64,000 nt of DNA, taken from the NCBI GenBank assembly GCA_963771275.1, contig CAVYSW010000010.1:672001-736000 (forward strand). The letters run 5' to 3'. Made by a program: the position numbers and the translations under genes. Below, piece by piece: positions 33,048 through 43,128 of this stretch (the first letter of the stretch is position 1; each line of letters opens with the position of its first letter). Below the pieces are notes generated by a model. It made no database searches. It worked only from the letters and a program-made list of their open reading frames with translations, and was not told the origin of the DNA. The stretch comes from an uncultured Gemmatimonadales bacterium. Its GTDB lineage: Bacteria; Gemmatimonadota; Gemmatimonadetes; Gemmatimonadales; GWC2-71-9.

Positions 33048-33114
33048 CAAACGCGTATCCTCAATGTGAGTGCGGGCGCACTCGGTAACGAACTCGTAAC
33101 TGTTATAGTCGCTT

Positions 33115-33143
33115 AACTTAGCCAGCCCCCACCGCCCTGTAAA
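33115..33143 (-). promoter_or_regulatory. sigma70-type promoter for rpsO-pnp
   Basis: TTTACA-17-TAAGTT. Confidence 0.65.
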
Positions 33144-33152
33144 GGCCGCCGG

Positions 33153-34145
33153 ATGTCGCTCGATCCCCCTGCGTTGGTCGGACGCCATGTCGGTCCCTAC
33201 GTGCTCGACCGCCCGCTGGGCCAGGGTGGCTTCGCCTGGGTGTTCGCCGCCCACGCGGCCGCGGATGGCCGGCCCGCGGCCGTGAAGGTCCTGAAGCCGA
33301 GCTATGCCGGCGACCCGCAATGCGAGACCCGGTTCCGCCACGAGGCGACGGTGGCCGCCGACCTGAAGCACCCGAACATCGTCCGGATTCACGAGATCGG
33401 CACCGATCAGCGTCTGACCTTCTTCGCCATGGACCTCTACGGAGACTCCCTGGCCAACCTGATCGCGCGCGCCGGGCCGCTTCAGGAGGAACGCCTGCTC
33501 GCGGTCGCGATCGACATCGCGACGGCGCTGGAATTCGCCCACGGCGCCGGAGTGATCCACCGGGACCTCAAGGTCGACAACATCCTGATCGGGGCGGACG
33601 GCGTCGCCGTGCTCTCGGACTTCGGCATTGCCCGCCCGCTCTCGGGCTACGCGACCGCGACCGGCATGAACATGACCATCGGCACGCCGGCCTACGTTTC
33701 GCCGGAGCAGGCGCAGGGGCGGCCGCTCGACGGGCGCAGCGATCTCTATGCGCTCGGCGTCACCCTCTACAAGGCCGCCACGGGCGAGCTGCCGTTCCGC
33801 TCGACGGACTGGTTCGAGCTCGCCCGGATGCACGTGGAGGATCCCCCGCCTCCGCCCACGAGCCGACGGCCAGGCTTGACTCCGCGCCTCGAGCGCGTGA
33901 TCCTGCGCTGCCTCGCGAAGCACCCGGACGACCGCTACCCGTCCGCCACCTCCCTCCTGGCCGATCTGCGGGCCATCGCGGCCGGCCGCAAGCGTACATC
34001 GGAGGTTCCCGTCGCTCAAGCCCGGACCCACGCTCGCTCCGGTGACGTCGGGAGAGACCCGGGCCGTGTCCGACTTCGACGGGTCGGCGTGGTGGCGCTG
34101 TTCCTCGCCGTGGCGCTGCTGGTCGTCTGGCTGACCAAGCGCTAG
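33153..34145 (+). CDS. Hanks-type Ser/Thr protein kinase with C-terminal TM anchor
   Basis: [36 protein letters not shown]; hydrophobic C-terminus. Confidence 0.94.
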   Translation: MSLDPPALVGRHVGPYVLDRPLGQGGFAWVFAAHAAADGRPAAVKVLKPSYAGDPQCETRFRHEATVAADLKHPNIVRIHEIGTDQRLTFFAMDLYGDSLANLIARAGPLQEERLLAVAIDIATALEFAHGAGVIHRDLKVDNILIGADGVAVLSDFGIARPLSGYATATGMNMTIGTPAYVSPEQAQGRPLDGRSDLYALGVTLYKAATGELPFRSTDWFELARMHVEDPPPPPTSRRPGLTPRLERVILRCLAKHPDDRYPSATSLLADLRAIAAGRKRTSEVPVAQARTHARSGDVGRDPGRVRLRRVGVVALFLAVALLVVWLTKR

Positions 34146-35509
34146 CGCAGGCCGAACAGCCGCAGGATGTCGTTGTACATCACGAGAACCACGAGCAGCA
34201 GCAGGACCAGCACGCCGAGCTGCGTGAGGCGCAGCCGGAGGGCAAGCGACAGCGGCCGGCCGCCCCGCAGTCCTTCCACGAGGAGAAACACCAACTGGCC
34301 ACCGTCCAGCACCGGGATGGGGAGGATGTTGAGGATCGCCAGGTTGATGGAGATGAAGGCCAGGAAGCTGAGGAACGGGACGATCCCCGCGCGGGCGGCC
34401 TGGCCGGAGAGCTGGCCGATCCCGATGGGTCCCGCGAGATCCCGTACCGAAACCTGCCGCGTGACGAGCTGACGCACCGTCACGAGTACCAGGCGGGCCT
34501 GCGCCGCCGTTTCGCGGGCCCCGTGAACGATCGCCCCGGGAAGGGAGAACTCCACCCTGCGAAGCTGTGCTTCGGGGTAGACACCGAGCTTCCCTACCCG
34601 GACGGCCGTGCCCGTGAGCGGATCGGTCTCGGTCGCCGCGCCGAGCGTCAAGTCGGCGGTGTCCACGACCCCGTCGCGCACGTAGGTCAACGCGACGAGC
34701 GAGTCGGGCCGCGCCCGCACCAGAGCGACCATCTCGGCCCAGTACCGTACGGTGTCCGGTCCGACTCGGACGATCTCGTCCCCCGCGTGCAGGTCGACTT
34801 CGGCGGCCGGCGACCCTGGCTCGACGTTCCCGACGCGCGCCAAACGGAGGTTGTGCACCGCCAGCGCCAGGCGTTGGCGCGCCCCGGCCTGTGAGCCGGG
34901 GATGCGTACGATCACCGGCTCCACACCCTGCCCGAAGTCGAACCGCAGGCGCTCGCTGGTCGGGTCGAGAATCGCGTCGATCACGTCGTTCCAGGACGCG
35001 ACCGTGTCGTCATTGATGCGGAGGAGTTCCGTGCCCAGCGGCACGCGCGCCAGGTCAGCGGCCTCCGGCGGCAGCAACGTCGTGTCCGCGCCGGCGAAGC
35101 GCGTAATCGGGTCCTCGAAGCTCGTTCCGGTCGCCGCGATGGTGGTGAACACGACCCAGGCCAGCAGCACGTTCATCAGCACGCCCGCCGACATCACGAG
35201 AAAGCGGGCCCGGAGCGGCTTGTTCTCGAACAGGCGGTCCGGGGGGAAGTCAGCCCCGCCACCGCCTTCGATGGCGCCCGCCGCGTCCTCTTCCCGGCTC
35301 GCCAACTTCACGTAGCCACCCAGGGGAATCCAGGACACCACGTATTCCGTCTCGCCCCGGCGGAACCGCAGGGGCGTAGGACTGCCGAAGCCGATGGAGA
35401 AGCGGGGCACCCCGACGCCCACCGCCTTGGCGGCCAGGAAATGCCCGAGCTCATGAACGAAGATGAGCACGCCCAGCACAACGACGGTGGCGAGCACGGT
35501 TATCAACAC
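34142..35509 (-). CDS. rseP: RIP metalloprotease RseP
   Basis: HELGH, PLGGYV, PDZ domains, [11 protein letters not shown]. Confidence 0.96.
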   Translation of the reverse strand: MLITVLATVVVLGVLIFVHELGHFLAAKAVGVGVPRFSIGFGSPTPLRFRRGETEYVVSWIPLGGYVKLASREEDAAGAIEGGGGADFPPDRLFENKPLRARFLVMSAGVLMNVLLAWVVFTTIAATGTSFEDPITRFAGADTTLLPPEAADLARVPLGTELLRINDDTVASWNDVIDAILDPTSERLRFDFGQGVEPVIVRIPGSQAGARQRLALAVHNLRLARVGNVEPGSPAAEVDLHAGDEIVRVGPDTVRYWAEMVALVRARPDSLVALTYVRDGVVDTADLTLGAATETDPLTGTAVRVGKLGVYPEAQLRRVEFSLPGAIVHGARETAAQARLVLVTVRQLVTRQVSVRDLAGPIGIGQLSGQAARAGIVPFLSFLAFISINLAILNILPIPVLDGGQLVFLLVEGLRGGRPLSLALRLRLTQLGVLVLLLLVVLVMYNDILRLFGLR

Positions 35510-36597
35510 GCGTCCTCCGCATATGCGCGGGCCCGGCGATCCGCCTCGATAACCGACTCCAGGTCGTCGGCGGGGCCGGCGTCGAGCGATTCCAATGTAG
35601 TGGCGATCAGCGCCGGGATCCTGCCGAACGCGATGCGGCCGGTGAGGAACGCCTCGACGGCGACCTCGTTCGCGGCGTTGAATACGGCCGTCGCGGTGCC
35701 GCCGGCCCGTCCCGCCTGCACGCCCAGATCGAACGTCGGGAACGCGTCCCGGCGGACCGACTCGAAGGTGAGCGATCCCGCGGCGACGGGGTCAAACCGC
35801 CGTACGCCCTCGTCGGTGATGCGTTCGGGATGCGTCAGGGCGTACAGGATCGGCAGCTCCATGCTCGGGTAGCCCACCTGCGCCAGGATCGATCCGTCAA
35901 CGAACTCCACCAGCCCATGCACGATGGACTGGGGGTGGACGACCACGTCGATGGCGTCGTACGGCAGCCCGAACAGGAAGTGCGCCTCGATGACTTCGAG
36001 CGCCTTGTTGGCGAGTGTCGCGCTGTCGACCGTGATCTTCCGCCCCATGCGCCAGGTCGGGTGCTGCAGGGCCTGGTCCACGGTCGCCAGCCGCAGGCGC
36101 TCCGGCGACCAGTCACGGAACGGGCCCCCGGAGGCCGTGAGGATCAACCGGCACAGCGACTCGGGATGCCCGGTGATGCATTGGAGCACGGCGCTGTGCT
36201 CCGAGTCGATCGGCACGACCTGCCCGCCTCCCTCGGTGGCGGCCCGCAGGACGAGGTCGCCGGCCATGACCAGCGACTCCTTGTTGGCCAGGGCCACGCG
36301 CTTGCCGGCGCGGAGCGCGGCGAGGGTGGCGGCGAGGCCCGCGGCGCCGACAATTGCGTTCACCACGACCGAGACATCCGGGTGGGTGGCGGCGTCGACC
36401 AGACAGCCTGGACCGTCGCTGCGCACCGTCGCGCAGAAGGTCGCTCCGACTGTGCGTGCTTGCTGGGTCACCAGCTCTTCGGAATCGAACGCCGTGAGGG
36501 CGATCACGCGGAACCGGTCCCGGTGCCGCGCGAGCACCCGCAAGGTGCTCGTCCCGATCGAGCCGGTCGAGCCCAGGATCGCGACGCCGTCGATCAT
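35503..36597 (-). CDS. dxr: 1-deoxy-D-xylulose 5-phosphate reductoisomerase
   Basis: LGSTGSIG, LANKES, PIDSEH, TASGGPF, HPTWRMGRKITVDSA, NAANE. Confidence 0.97.
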   Translation of the reverse strand: MIDGVAILGSTGSIGTSTLRVLARHRDRFRVIALTAFDSEELVTQQARTVGATFCATVRSDGPGCLVDAATHPDVSVVVNAIVGAAGLAATLAALRAGKRVALANKESLVMAGDLVLRAATEGGGQVVPIDSEHSAVLQCITGHPESLCRLILTASGGPFRDWSPERLRLATVDQALQHPTWRMGRKITVDSATLANKALEVIEAHFLFGLPYDAIDVVVHPQSIVHGLVEFVDGSILAQVGYPSMELPILYALTHPERITDEGVRRFDPVAAGSLTFESVRRDAFPTFDLGVQAGRAGGTATAVFNAANEVAVEAFLTGRIAFGRIPALIATTLESLDAGPADDLESVIEADRRARAYAEDAC

Positions 36598-37460
36598 AGC
36601 GCGCCGTACAGGGCCAGCATTGCCGCGGCGGCGGGAAGCACCCAGTAGAGCGAGTCGAGCCGATCGAGCACACCGCCATGACCCGGGAAGAGCGTTCCCG
36701 AGTCCTTCACTCCGGCCTCCCGCTTGAACAGCGATTCGGCGAGGTCCCCGAACTGGCCGAGCACCGCGAGCACGACCCCGAACACCACCAGGCGCAGTGC
36801 GCCAAGGGCGATGCCCTGCGGCTGCAACACGAGCCAGCCGTACAGCGGGCCCACGACCGCCGCGGACGCCGTCCCCGCGACGGTTCCTGCCCAGGTCTTG
36901 TGCGGACTCACCACGGGCGCGAACTTGGGCCCGCCGATCAGCGCCCCGCCAGCCATCGCCATGGTATCGCACACCCACGTGACCACCAGAGGGGCGAACA
37001 CCAGCCACGTCGCGGCCCACGGCTCGGCGTAGACCGCCCCGTGACGAATGGCGATCGCGAACGCCGGGAGCAGGCCTGCGTAGAGCGCGCCAAACAGCGT
37101 GATGGCGACTGCCGCGAGCGGACCTTCCGACGGCGGCCGCCGCCACAGCGCGGCGGCCATCACCAGGATGACCCACAGGGCCGCCGCATAGGCGATCCAG
37201 CCAGGTCGGACGGCGCCGTTGACCGTGAGCGCGTAGACTGCCACCGGCGCCGCCGCGGCTCCGAGGTAGCCCGGCACGGCGAGTGGGCGGCCGCCCCGCA
37301 GCGCGGCGAGCCGGAACAGCTCCCGCACCCCCAGCACACCGAGTACCGCCAGCGCGAGGACGAGGAACCAGCCGCCGAGGTAGACGATGCCCAACGCCGT
37401 CGGGATGCCGATCGCCGAGACGGCAACGCGGCGGGGAAGCGAGCTTGCCATGGTGGTCAC
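36594..37460 (-). CDS. cdsA: Phosphatidate cytidylyltransferase
   Basis: SPHKTWAG, GDLAESLFKREAGVKDSG..PGHGGVLDRLDS. Confidence 0.96.
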   Translation of the reverse strand: MTTMASSLPRRVAVSAIGIPTALGIVYLGGWFLVLALAVLGVLGVRELFRLAALRGGRPLAVPGYLGAAAAPVAVYALTVNGAVRPGWIAYAAALWVILVMAAALWRRPPSEGPLAAVAITLFGALYAGLLPAFAIAIRHGAVYAEPWAATWLVFAPLVVTWVCDTMAMAGGALIGGPKFAPVVSPHKTWAGTVAGTASAAVVGPLYGWLVLQPQGIALGALRLVVFGVVLAVLGQFGDLAESLFKREAGVKDSGTLFPGHGGVLDRLDSLYWVLPAAAAMLALYGAL

Positions 37461-37470
37461 GGAGGTCGGA

Positions 37471-38031
37471 CTAGACCTCCATGATCTCCTGTTCCTTCCC
37501 CTTGACCAGCGCGTCGATCTGGTGGATCGCGTCGTCGTGCAGCTTCTGGATGTCCTTGTCCATCCGGTGCTTTTCGTCGTCCGATACGTGATCGAGCTTC
37601 TTGCTCTTCGCGATCGCGTCGGTGCGCGCGTGGCGGACGGCGATGCGCCCTTCTTCGGCCAGCTTGTGCACGACCTTGATCAGTTCGCGGCGCCGCTCCT
37701 CGTTGAGCGGTGGCAGGGGCACACGCAGCATGGTGCCGTCGGTGGCCGGATTGAGGCCGAGGTCCGAGGACCGGATGGCTTTCTCGATCACCTGCAGCAG
37801 CGACTTGTCCCACGGCTGGACGGTAAGCAGGCGCGGCTCCGGCGCGCCGACGCTTGCGACCTGGTTGAGGGGAAGGTGCTGGCCATAGGCTTCGACCCGC
37901 ACGGTGTCCAGCAGGCTGGTCGTGGCCTTGCCGCTGCGGATGGTGGAGAGCTCCCGCTTGGTGCTCTCCACCGCCTTGCTCATGTAGTCCCGGGCGTGCT
38001 TCTCGAGATCCGCGAGTTGATTGGTGGTCAT
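37471..38031 (-). CDS. frr: Ribosome recycling factor
   Basis: [24 protein letters not shown]. Confidence 0.97.
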   Translation of the reverse strand: MTTNQLADLEKHARDYMSKAVESTKRELSTIRSGKATTSLLDTVRVEAYGQHLPLNQVASVGAPEPRLLTVQPWDKSLLQVIEKAIRSSDLGLNPATDGTMLRVPLPPLNEERRRELIKVVHKLAEEGRIAVRHARTDAIAKSKKLDHVSDDEKHRMDKDIQKLHDDAIHQIDALVKGKEQEIMEV

Positions 38032-38741
38032 CGCACGAGAGTTCCGACGCGCTCGCCGCGCAGCACGCGGGCGATCGCGCCGTCTTGGTTGATGTTCATC
38101 ACCATGATCGGCAGCGCATTCTCCTTGCACAAGCCGAACGCGTTCGCATCCATCACCCGGAGTCCCCTGACGATCGCCTCCTGGAACGTCAGCTCCGGCA
38201 GGAATTCGGCCGTCGGGTCGAGCTTCGGATCCGCCGTGTACACTCCGTCCACGTTGGTCGCCTTGACGAGCACGTCCGCCTCGATCTCGAGGGCGCGCAG
38301 CACCGCCGCCGTGTCAGTTGAGAAGTACGGATTCCCCGTCCCTCCGGCGAACAGCACCACACGTCCCTTCTCGAGATGGCGCTGGGCCCGCCGGCGAATG
38401 TAGGGCTCGGCGAGCTCCTCCATGCGGATGGCCGTCATCACGCGGGTCTCGATGCCGTTCCGCTCGAGGGTGTCCTGCAGGGCGAGCGCGTTGATCACGG
38501 TCGCCAGCATGCCCATGTAGTCCGCCGAAACCCGGTCCATGCCCTGTTGACTGGCGACGGTGCCACGCACGATGTTGCCGCCCCCCAGCACGAGCCCGAG
38601 GCTCGCGCCGAGCGCGTGCACCTCCCGAATCTCCTCGGCCAGGCGGTTCACGACGGCGAAATCGATGCCGAAGCCGCGGTCCCCGGCCAGCGACTCGCCG
38701 GAGACCTTGACCAGGACGCGTCGAAAGACGAGGTCGCCCAC
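38028..38741 (-). CDS. pyrH: UMP kinase
   Basis: [34 protein letters not shown]. Confidence 0.97.
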   Translation of the reverse strand: MGDLVFRRVLVKVSGESLAGDRGFGIDFAVVNRLAEEIREVHALGASLGLVLGGGNIVRGTVASQQGMDRVSADYMGMLATVINALALQDTLERNGIETRVMTAIRMEELAEPYIRRRAQRHLEKGRVVLFAGGTGNPYFSTDTAAVLRALEIEADVLVKATNVDGVYTADPKLDPTAEFLPELTFQEAIVRGLRVMDANAFGLCKENALPIMVMNINQDGAIARVLRGERVGTLVR

Positions 38742-39343
38742 TAGTCTCCGCCGAGCTCCAGGCGGACGAAGCGGCGCACCACGACGTTCTCGCCGAGCTT
38801 GCCCGACACCGCCTTGACCAGGTCGCCGATCTTCACGGCATCGTCTTTCACGTACGCCTGCTCGAGCAGCACGCGTTCCTCGAAGAACTTCTTGAGCTTG
38901 CCCTCGACGATTTTGGCCCGAACGGTCTCCGGCTTGCCGGATTCCGCGACCTGCGCCTGGTAGATGGCTTTCTCCCGGGCCAGCACGTCTTCGGGCACCG
39001 CGTCCGTCGACACCGCGATGGGGCCGGCCGAGGCGATGTGCAGCGCCAGGTCCTTGGCGAGGGCCTGGAAATCCGCGGTGCGCGCGACGAAGTCCGTCTC
39101 GCAATTGAGCTCCACCAGCACCGCGACCTTGCCGTTGAAGTGCACGTAGCTCCCGATCACGCCTTCCCGGGCACCGCGGCCGGAGCGCTTCTCCGCACGG
39201 GTGATCCCCTTCTGCCGCAGCAGATCGACGGCCTTCTCCATGTCGCCGCCGGTCTCCTCGAGCGCCTTCTTGCAGTCCATCATCCCCGCGCCCGTGCGGG
39301 CCCGGAGCGTGCTGACGTCCTTCGCGCTGATCTTCCCAGTCAT
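38741..39343 (-). CDS. tsf: Elongation factor Ts (short, 200-aa type)
   Basis: [27 protein letters not shown]. Confidence 0.97.
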   Translation of the reverse strand: MTGKISAKDVSTLRARTGAGMMDCKKALEETGGDMEKAVDLLRQKGITRAEKRSGRGAREGVIGSYVHFNGKVAVLVELNCETDFVARTADFQALAKDLALHIASAGPIAVSTDAVPEDVLAREKAIYQAQVAESGKPETVRAKIVEGKLKKFFEERVLLEQAYVKDDAVKIGDLVKAVSGKLGENVVVRRFVRLELGGD

Positions 39344-39466
39344 GTGTCCAACCTTCGATGGTCGTTGTGGTGACCCTGCCTGCCCGACACACGACGACCG
39401 CCGCCGCCTGCAACCCTGATGTCAGACGAGCGACGGTCGGCGGATCCCCGGCTCGGGCCGCGCCGG

Positions 39467-40357
39467 TTATCCCTGACTCTCGCTCGTCCCCGCGCCTTCC
39501 GCCGCCGCGTTCGGCGCCTCGTCGGCCTTCAGGCGGGCGGCGATCGCCTCCGGCTTCGGCCGGCGCTTGCGGCGCGACTTCTTGCGGCGCCGCTGGTCTT
39601 CGGTTTCTCCTTCGGGCTCCGCGTCCGTGCTGTACGTGAACGACTCCGACTCGTCCGCCGCCTCACGCAGCGGCACCTGGACCCGGGCCTCCGCCATCAC
39701 GCTGACGAGCGCCCGGGTGATGAGCGCGACCGACCGGATCGCATCGTCGTTTCCCGGGATCGGAACCGTGATCAAGTCGGGATCCGCGTTGGTGTCGACG
39801 ATGGCGATCACCGGAATCCCGAGCTTGTTGGCCTCGGCGATGGCGATCCGTTCCTTCTTGGCATCGACCACGAACAGCGCGCCCGGCAGGCGCCCCATCC
39901 GTTTGATGCCTTCGAGGTAGCGGTTCAGCTTCTCGCGCTCACGCTGAAACAGCAGCTGCTCCTTCTTCGTGAAGAACTCGTAGGCGCCGTCCTCCTGGGC
40001 CTGCTCGATCTCCTTGAGACGCCGAATCTGCTTCTTGATCGTCTGGAAATTCGTCAACGTCCCGCCGAGCCACCGCTCCGTGACCCAGAACGCCCCGCAC
40101 TGCTCCGCATCGCTGCGCAGCGTCTGCTTGAGCTGCTTCTTGGTGCAGACGAACAGGACACCCTCGCCCTTCATGACCACGCCGCGCAGCAGGTCCTGTG
40201 CGACCTGGAGCTGTCTGAGGGTCTTCTGAAGGTCGATGAGGTAGATCCCCGAGCGCTCGGCGAAGATGAACCGACGCATCTTGGGGTTCCACCGACGGGT
40301 CTGATGCCCGAAATGTACCCCGGCTTCGAGTAGGTCCTGCAGCAGCGGTTGCGACAT
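39467..40357 (-). CDS. rpsB: 30S ribosomal protein S2 with C-terminal extension
   Basis: [41 protein letters not shown]. Confidence 0.98.
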   Translation of the reverse strand: MSQPLLQDLLEAGVHFGHQTRRWNPKMRRFIFAERSGIYLIDLQKTLRQLQVAQDLLRGVVMKGEGVLFVCTKKQLKQTLRSDAEQCGAFWVTERWLGGTLTNFQTIKKQIRRLKEIEQAQEDGAYEFFTKKEQLLFQREREKLNRYLEGIKRMGRLPGALFVVDAKKERIAIAEANKLGIPVIAIVDTNADPDLITVPIPGNDDAIRSVALITRALVSVMAEARVQVPLREAADESESFTYSTDAEPEGETEDQRRRKKSRRKRRPKPEAIAARLKADEAPNAAAEGAGTSESQG

Positions 40358-40368
40358 GGTCCTCGTGT

Positions 40369-40456
40369 TGGGTTGGGTCCTCCACCGCCTTCACGCCCGG
40401 GACCGATCCGCCGTTGGCGGACACCCAGTACCGGATCGGGCGATGTGCGTTGTGTG
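40369..40456 (-). promoter_or_regulatory. rpsB 5' leader, t44/S2-autoregulatory-like RNA
   Basis: CACAC...GGGTG..hairpin...GTGGAGG..AACCC layout directly upstream of rpsB; recognised from memory of the t44 family, not by covariance search. Confidence 0.6.
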
Positions 40457-40473
40457 GCTCCGGCTCCGCGCGC

Positions 40474-40875
40474 CTAGCGCTTGGAGAACTGGAACCGCTT
40501 CCGTGCGCCCGGGCGCCCGGGCTTCTTCCGCTCGACGGCCCGGGGATCCCGCGTGAGCAGACCGTGGGCCCGCAGCTTCCGGCGGTGCGTCTCGTCCGCC
40601 AGCACCAGGGACCGTGCCACGCCGAGGCGCAGCGCGCCGGCCTGCCCGGCCTGGCCCCCGCCGGACACCCGCGCCTTCACGTCGAAGGCACCGAGCGTGT
40701 CGGTGACCTGGAACGGCTGCTGGATGTGCTGTACCAGCGACTGGCGCGGGAAGTAGTCCCCCAGCGTCCGGCCGTTCACGCTCCACTTGCCCGAGCCGGG
40801 CACCAGATACACCCGCGCGACGCTCGTCTTGCGACGGCCGACGGCGTGCCAGCGAAGTTCAACGTGCGCAGTCAT
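40474..40875 (-). CDS. rpsI: 30S ribosomal protein S9
   Basis: GRRKTSVARV, GGGQAGQAGA, ERKKPG..QFSKR. Confidence 0.98.
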   Translation of the reverse strand: MTAHVELRWHAVGRRKTSVARVYLVPGSGKWSVNGRTLGDYFPRQSLVQHIQQPFQVTDTLGAFDVKARVSGGGQAGQAGALRLGVARSLVLADETHRRKLRAHGLLTRDPRAVERKKPGRPGARKRFQFSKR

Positions 40876-41318
40876 GCATCATCCTTCGAGAACTTCACGA
40901 GTGCCGGTTGCTGCCCCTGGTGCGGATGGCTCGGGCCGGCGTACACCCGCAGCTTCCGCCGCAGCACCTGGCGCCCCAGGGTGCTCTTCGGCAGCATCCC
41001 GAACACCGCCTTCTCGATCACCCGATCAGGGTGGGCCTGCAGCATGCGCTCCACCGGGGTGAAGCGGCCGTGGCCCATGTAGCCGGAATGCCGGAAGTAG
41101 CGCTTCTGCGCGACCTTGCGGCCGGTGAGGCGCACCTTCTCGGCGTTGATCACCACGACGTAGTCGCCGCAGTCCATGTGGGGCGTGAAGCTCGGCTTGT
41201 GCTTGCCGCGAATCAGCTGCGCCACATGACTCGCGAGACGGCCCAAGACCACACCGTCGGCATCCACCAGATGCCATCGATGCTCGAGATCAGCCCGCTT
41301 GAGTGTGTACGTCTTCAT
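40872..41318 (-). CDS. rplM: 50S ribosomal protein L13
   Basis: LGRLAS, GKHKP.FTPH.DCGD, GMLPK, HPH..QQP. Confidence 0.98.
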   Translation of the reverse strand: MKTYTLKRADLEHRWHLVDADGVVLGRLASHVAQLIRGKHKPSFTPHMDCGDYVVVINAEKVRLTGRKVAQKRYFRHSGYMGHGRFTPVERMLQAHPDRVIEKAVFGMLPKSTLGRQVLRRKLRVYAGPSHPHQGQQPALVKFSKDDA

Positions 41319-41373
41319 ACCTGGTTCGGGAACGCCCGCGCGGACGAAGTTCCGTAAGTCAAGACAGACAAGT

Positions 41374-41402
41374 AACCTACCGTGCTCCCAACCGATGGTC
41401 AA
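41374..41402 (-). promoter_or_regulatory. sigma70-type promoter for the rplM operon
   Basis: TTGACC-17-TAGGTT; the -35 includes the TGA of the upstream BCCP gene. Confidence 0.65.
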
Positions 41403-41902
41403 CCCTCCGCATGGACTTCCACGAGCGTGACCCCCTTGTCCACCGGCTGACCCGGCTGCGCGTGAATCGCGGCCACCCGGCCCGCCACGGGCGCCTTGAG
41501 CTCGTTCTCCATCTTCATCGCCTCCAGCACCACCACCCCCTGGCCCGCCCGCACCGCGTCGCCCACCGCGACTTCCAGCCGCAGCACGAGGCCCGGCATC
41601 GGCGCCTTGACCGGGACTCGCCCGGCCTGTTGCCCGGACCGTCGGGTGAGGTCACGGAGCTGGCGGGTGCGCTCGTCCAGCACCACGGGTTCCCAGATCT
41701 CGCCCTCCGACAGCAGCGTCCAGCCGTCGTGGCGCCGGGCGACCGCGAAGGTGACGGCACGATCGTGCAGGATCAGCTGGCGGAGCGGCGTGCCCACCAC
41801 GCTCTGCAGCTCGGCCGCCCGGGCGACCCCGTCGAGCAGGACCTCGCCGCCGCGAATCTCGACCTCGAAGCTTCGCCCCCTGATCGTAACCGTGTATTTC
41901 AC
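41399..41902 (-). CDS. Biotin carboxyl carrier protein
   Basis: APMPG, LEAMKMENE biotinylation motif. Confidence 0.93.
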   Translation of the reverse strand: MKYTVTIRGRSFEVEIRGGEVLLDGVARAAELQSVVGTPLRQLILHDRAVTFAVARRHDGWTLLSEGEIWEPVVLDERTRQLRDLTRRSGQQAGRVPVKAPMPGLVLRLEVAVGDAVRAGQGVVVLEAMKMENELKAPVAGRVAAIHAQPGQPVDKGVTLVEVHAEG

Positions 41903-43128
41903 GCGGCCTCCAGGGCGACCAGCGTCTCGACGTGGCTCGTTTGGGGGAACAGGTCATACGCCACAACCTGCCGTACGGCGAAGCTCGGCAGTCGCGCCAG
42001 GTCGCGGGCCACGGTGGCGGGGTCGCAGGACACGTAGGCGACGCGCAGTCCTGCTGTGCGCTCCCCCGCCAGACGCTCGAGCGCCTGCGTCACGCGGGCA
42101 TGCGCCCCGGTGCGCGGTGGGTTCATCAAGACCGCGTGTGGCCGGGGCAGCCGTGGGAGCACCTCCTCCACGAGACCCTGGACGTAGGTGGGCGGGTTCG
42201 CGCCGGGCTGCCGCACTGCCCATTCGACGGCGCTGCGGTCGATCTCGACACTCCACACCGATGCGCCGGTCTCCGCAAGACACCGGGCCCCCTCCCCCAC
42301 GCCACCATAGAGGTCCCAGACCGTCATGCCGGGGCCCGGTGCCAGGGCGGCGACCGCGGCCGCGCGGATCGCGCCGGCCAGGACGGGATTGGCCTGCTCG
42401 AAGGCGAGCGCGGGAAAGCCGGTCACCGGCCCGGCCACGACCCGCGCCGCCCCGGCGGCGGGGCGCCACCAGTAGCTGACGTCGGCCCGGCCGACCGCCG
42501 CCGCCAGGGGCGCGGCGTCCCAGACCGGTGGTGCGCTGTGCGCGATCACGTGGACGCCACCTGCCCGATCCACGCGCAGGGCGATGTCCCGGACCTCCGG
42601 CGGCAGCAGACGCCGGTGGGCGCCTACGGCGGCCCACAGCTGCATCAGCCGCTCGTCGGTGATGGGACAGTCCACGAGGTCGAAGACCGCGTCCGGCCGC
42701 TCCACCTGGTGGAGGCCGATGTGCTCCCCGCCGGGGCCGGCCGTCAGGGTGATCTTCGTACGGTAGCGCCAGGCGGTCGGGGACGGGACGATGACGGGGT
42801 CCGCGAGGTCGCGCCGGCCGATTCGCCGGAGCGCCTCGCCGACGAGGACCTGCTTGGCCGCGAGCTGGGCCGCCGCAGCGAGGTGCTGCAGCTGACAACC
42901 GCCACAGGCGTCGCGCGAGTAGTGCGCGCAGGCCGGCATCACCCGGTCCGGCCCCGGCGCGCGCAGCTCGAGGGCGCGGGCGCGCGCATGGCGCCGTCGG
43001 CGCTGGGTGATCTCCACGGCGACCTCGTCCCCCGGGGCCGTGCGCGGCACGAACACCGCCATGCCGTCTGCGAGCCGGCCCACCCCATCGCCGCCGGCGG
43101 CGATGCCGCGGATGTGGACGACCGTCAT
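41899..43128 (-). CDS. rlmD: RNA m5U methyltransferase, RlmD/TrmA family with TRAM domain
   Basis: TRAM N-terminus, C..CGGC..C Fe-S motif, DLYGGVG, NPPRTG, YVSCDP, DLFPQTSHVE. Confidence 0.85.
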   Translation of the reverse strand: MTVVHIRGIAAGGDGVGRLADGMAVFVPRTAPGDEVAVEITQRRRRHARARALELRAPGPDRVMPACAHYSRDACGGCQLQHLAAAAQLAAKQVLVGEALRRIGRRDLADPVIVPSPTAWRYRTKITLTAGPGGEHIGLHQVERPDAVFDLVDCPITDERLMQLWAAVGAHRRLLPPEVRDIALRVDRAGGVHVIAHSAPPVWDAAPLAAAVGRADVSYWWRPAAGAARVVAGPVTGFPALAFEQANPVLAGAIRAAAVAALAPGPGMTVWDLYGGVGEGARCLAETGASVWSVEIDRSAVEWAVRQPGANPPTYVQGLVEEVLPRLPRPHAVLMNPPRTGAHARVTQALERLAGERTAGLRVAYVSCDPATVARDLARLPSFAVRQVVAYDLFPQTSHVETLVALEAA

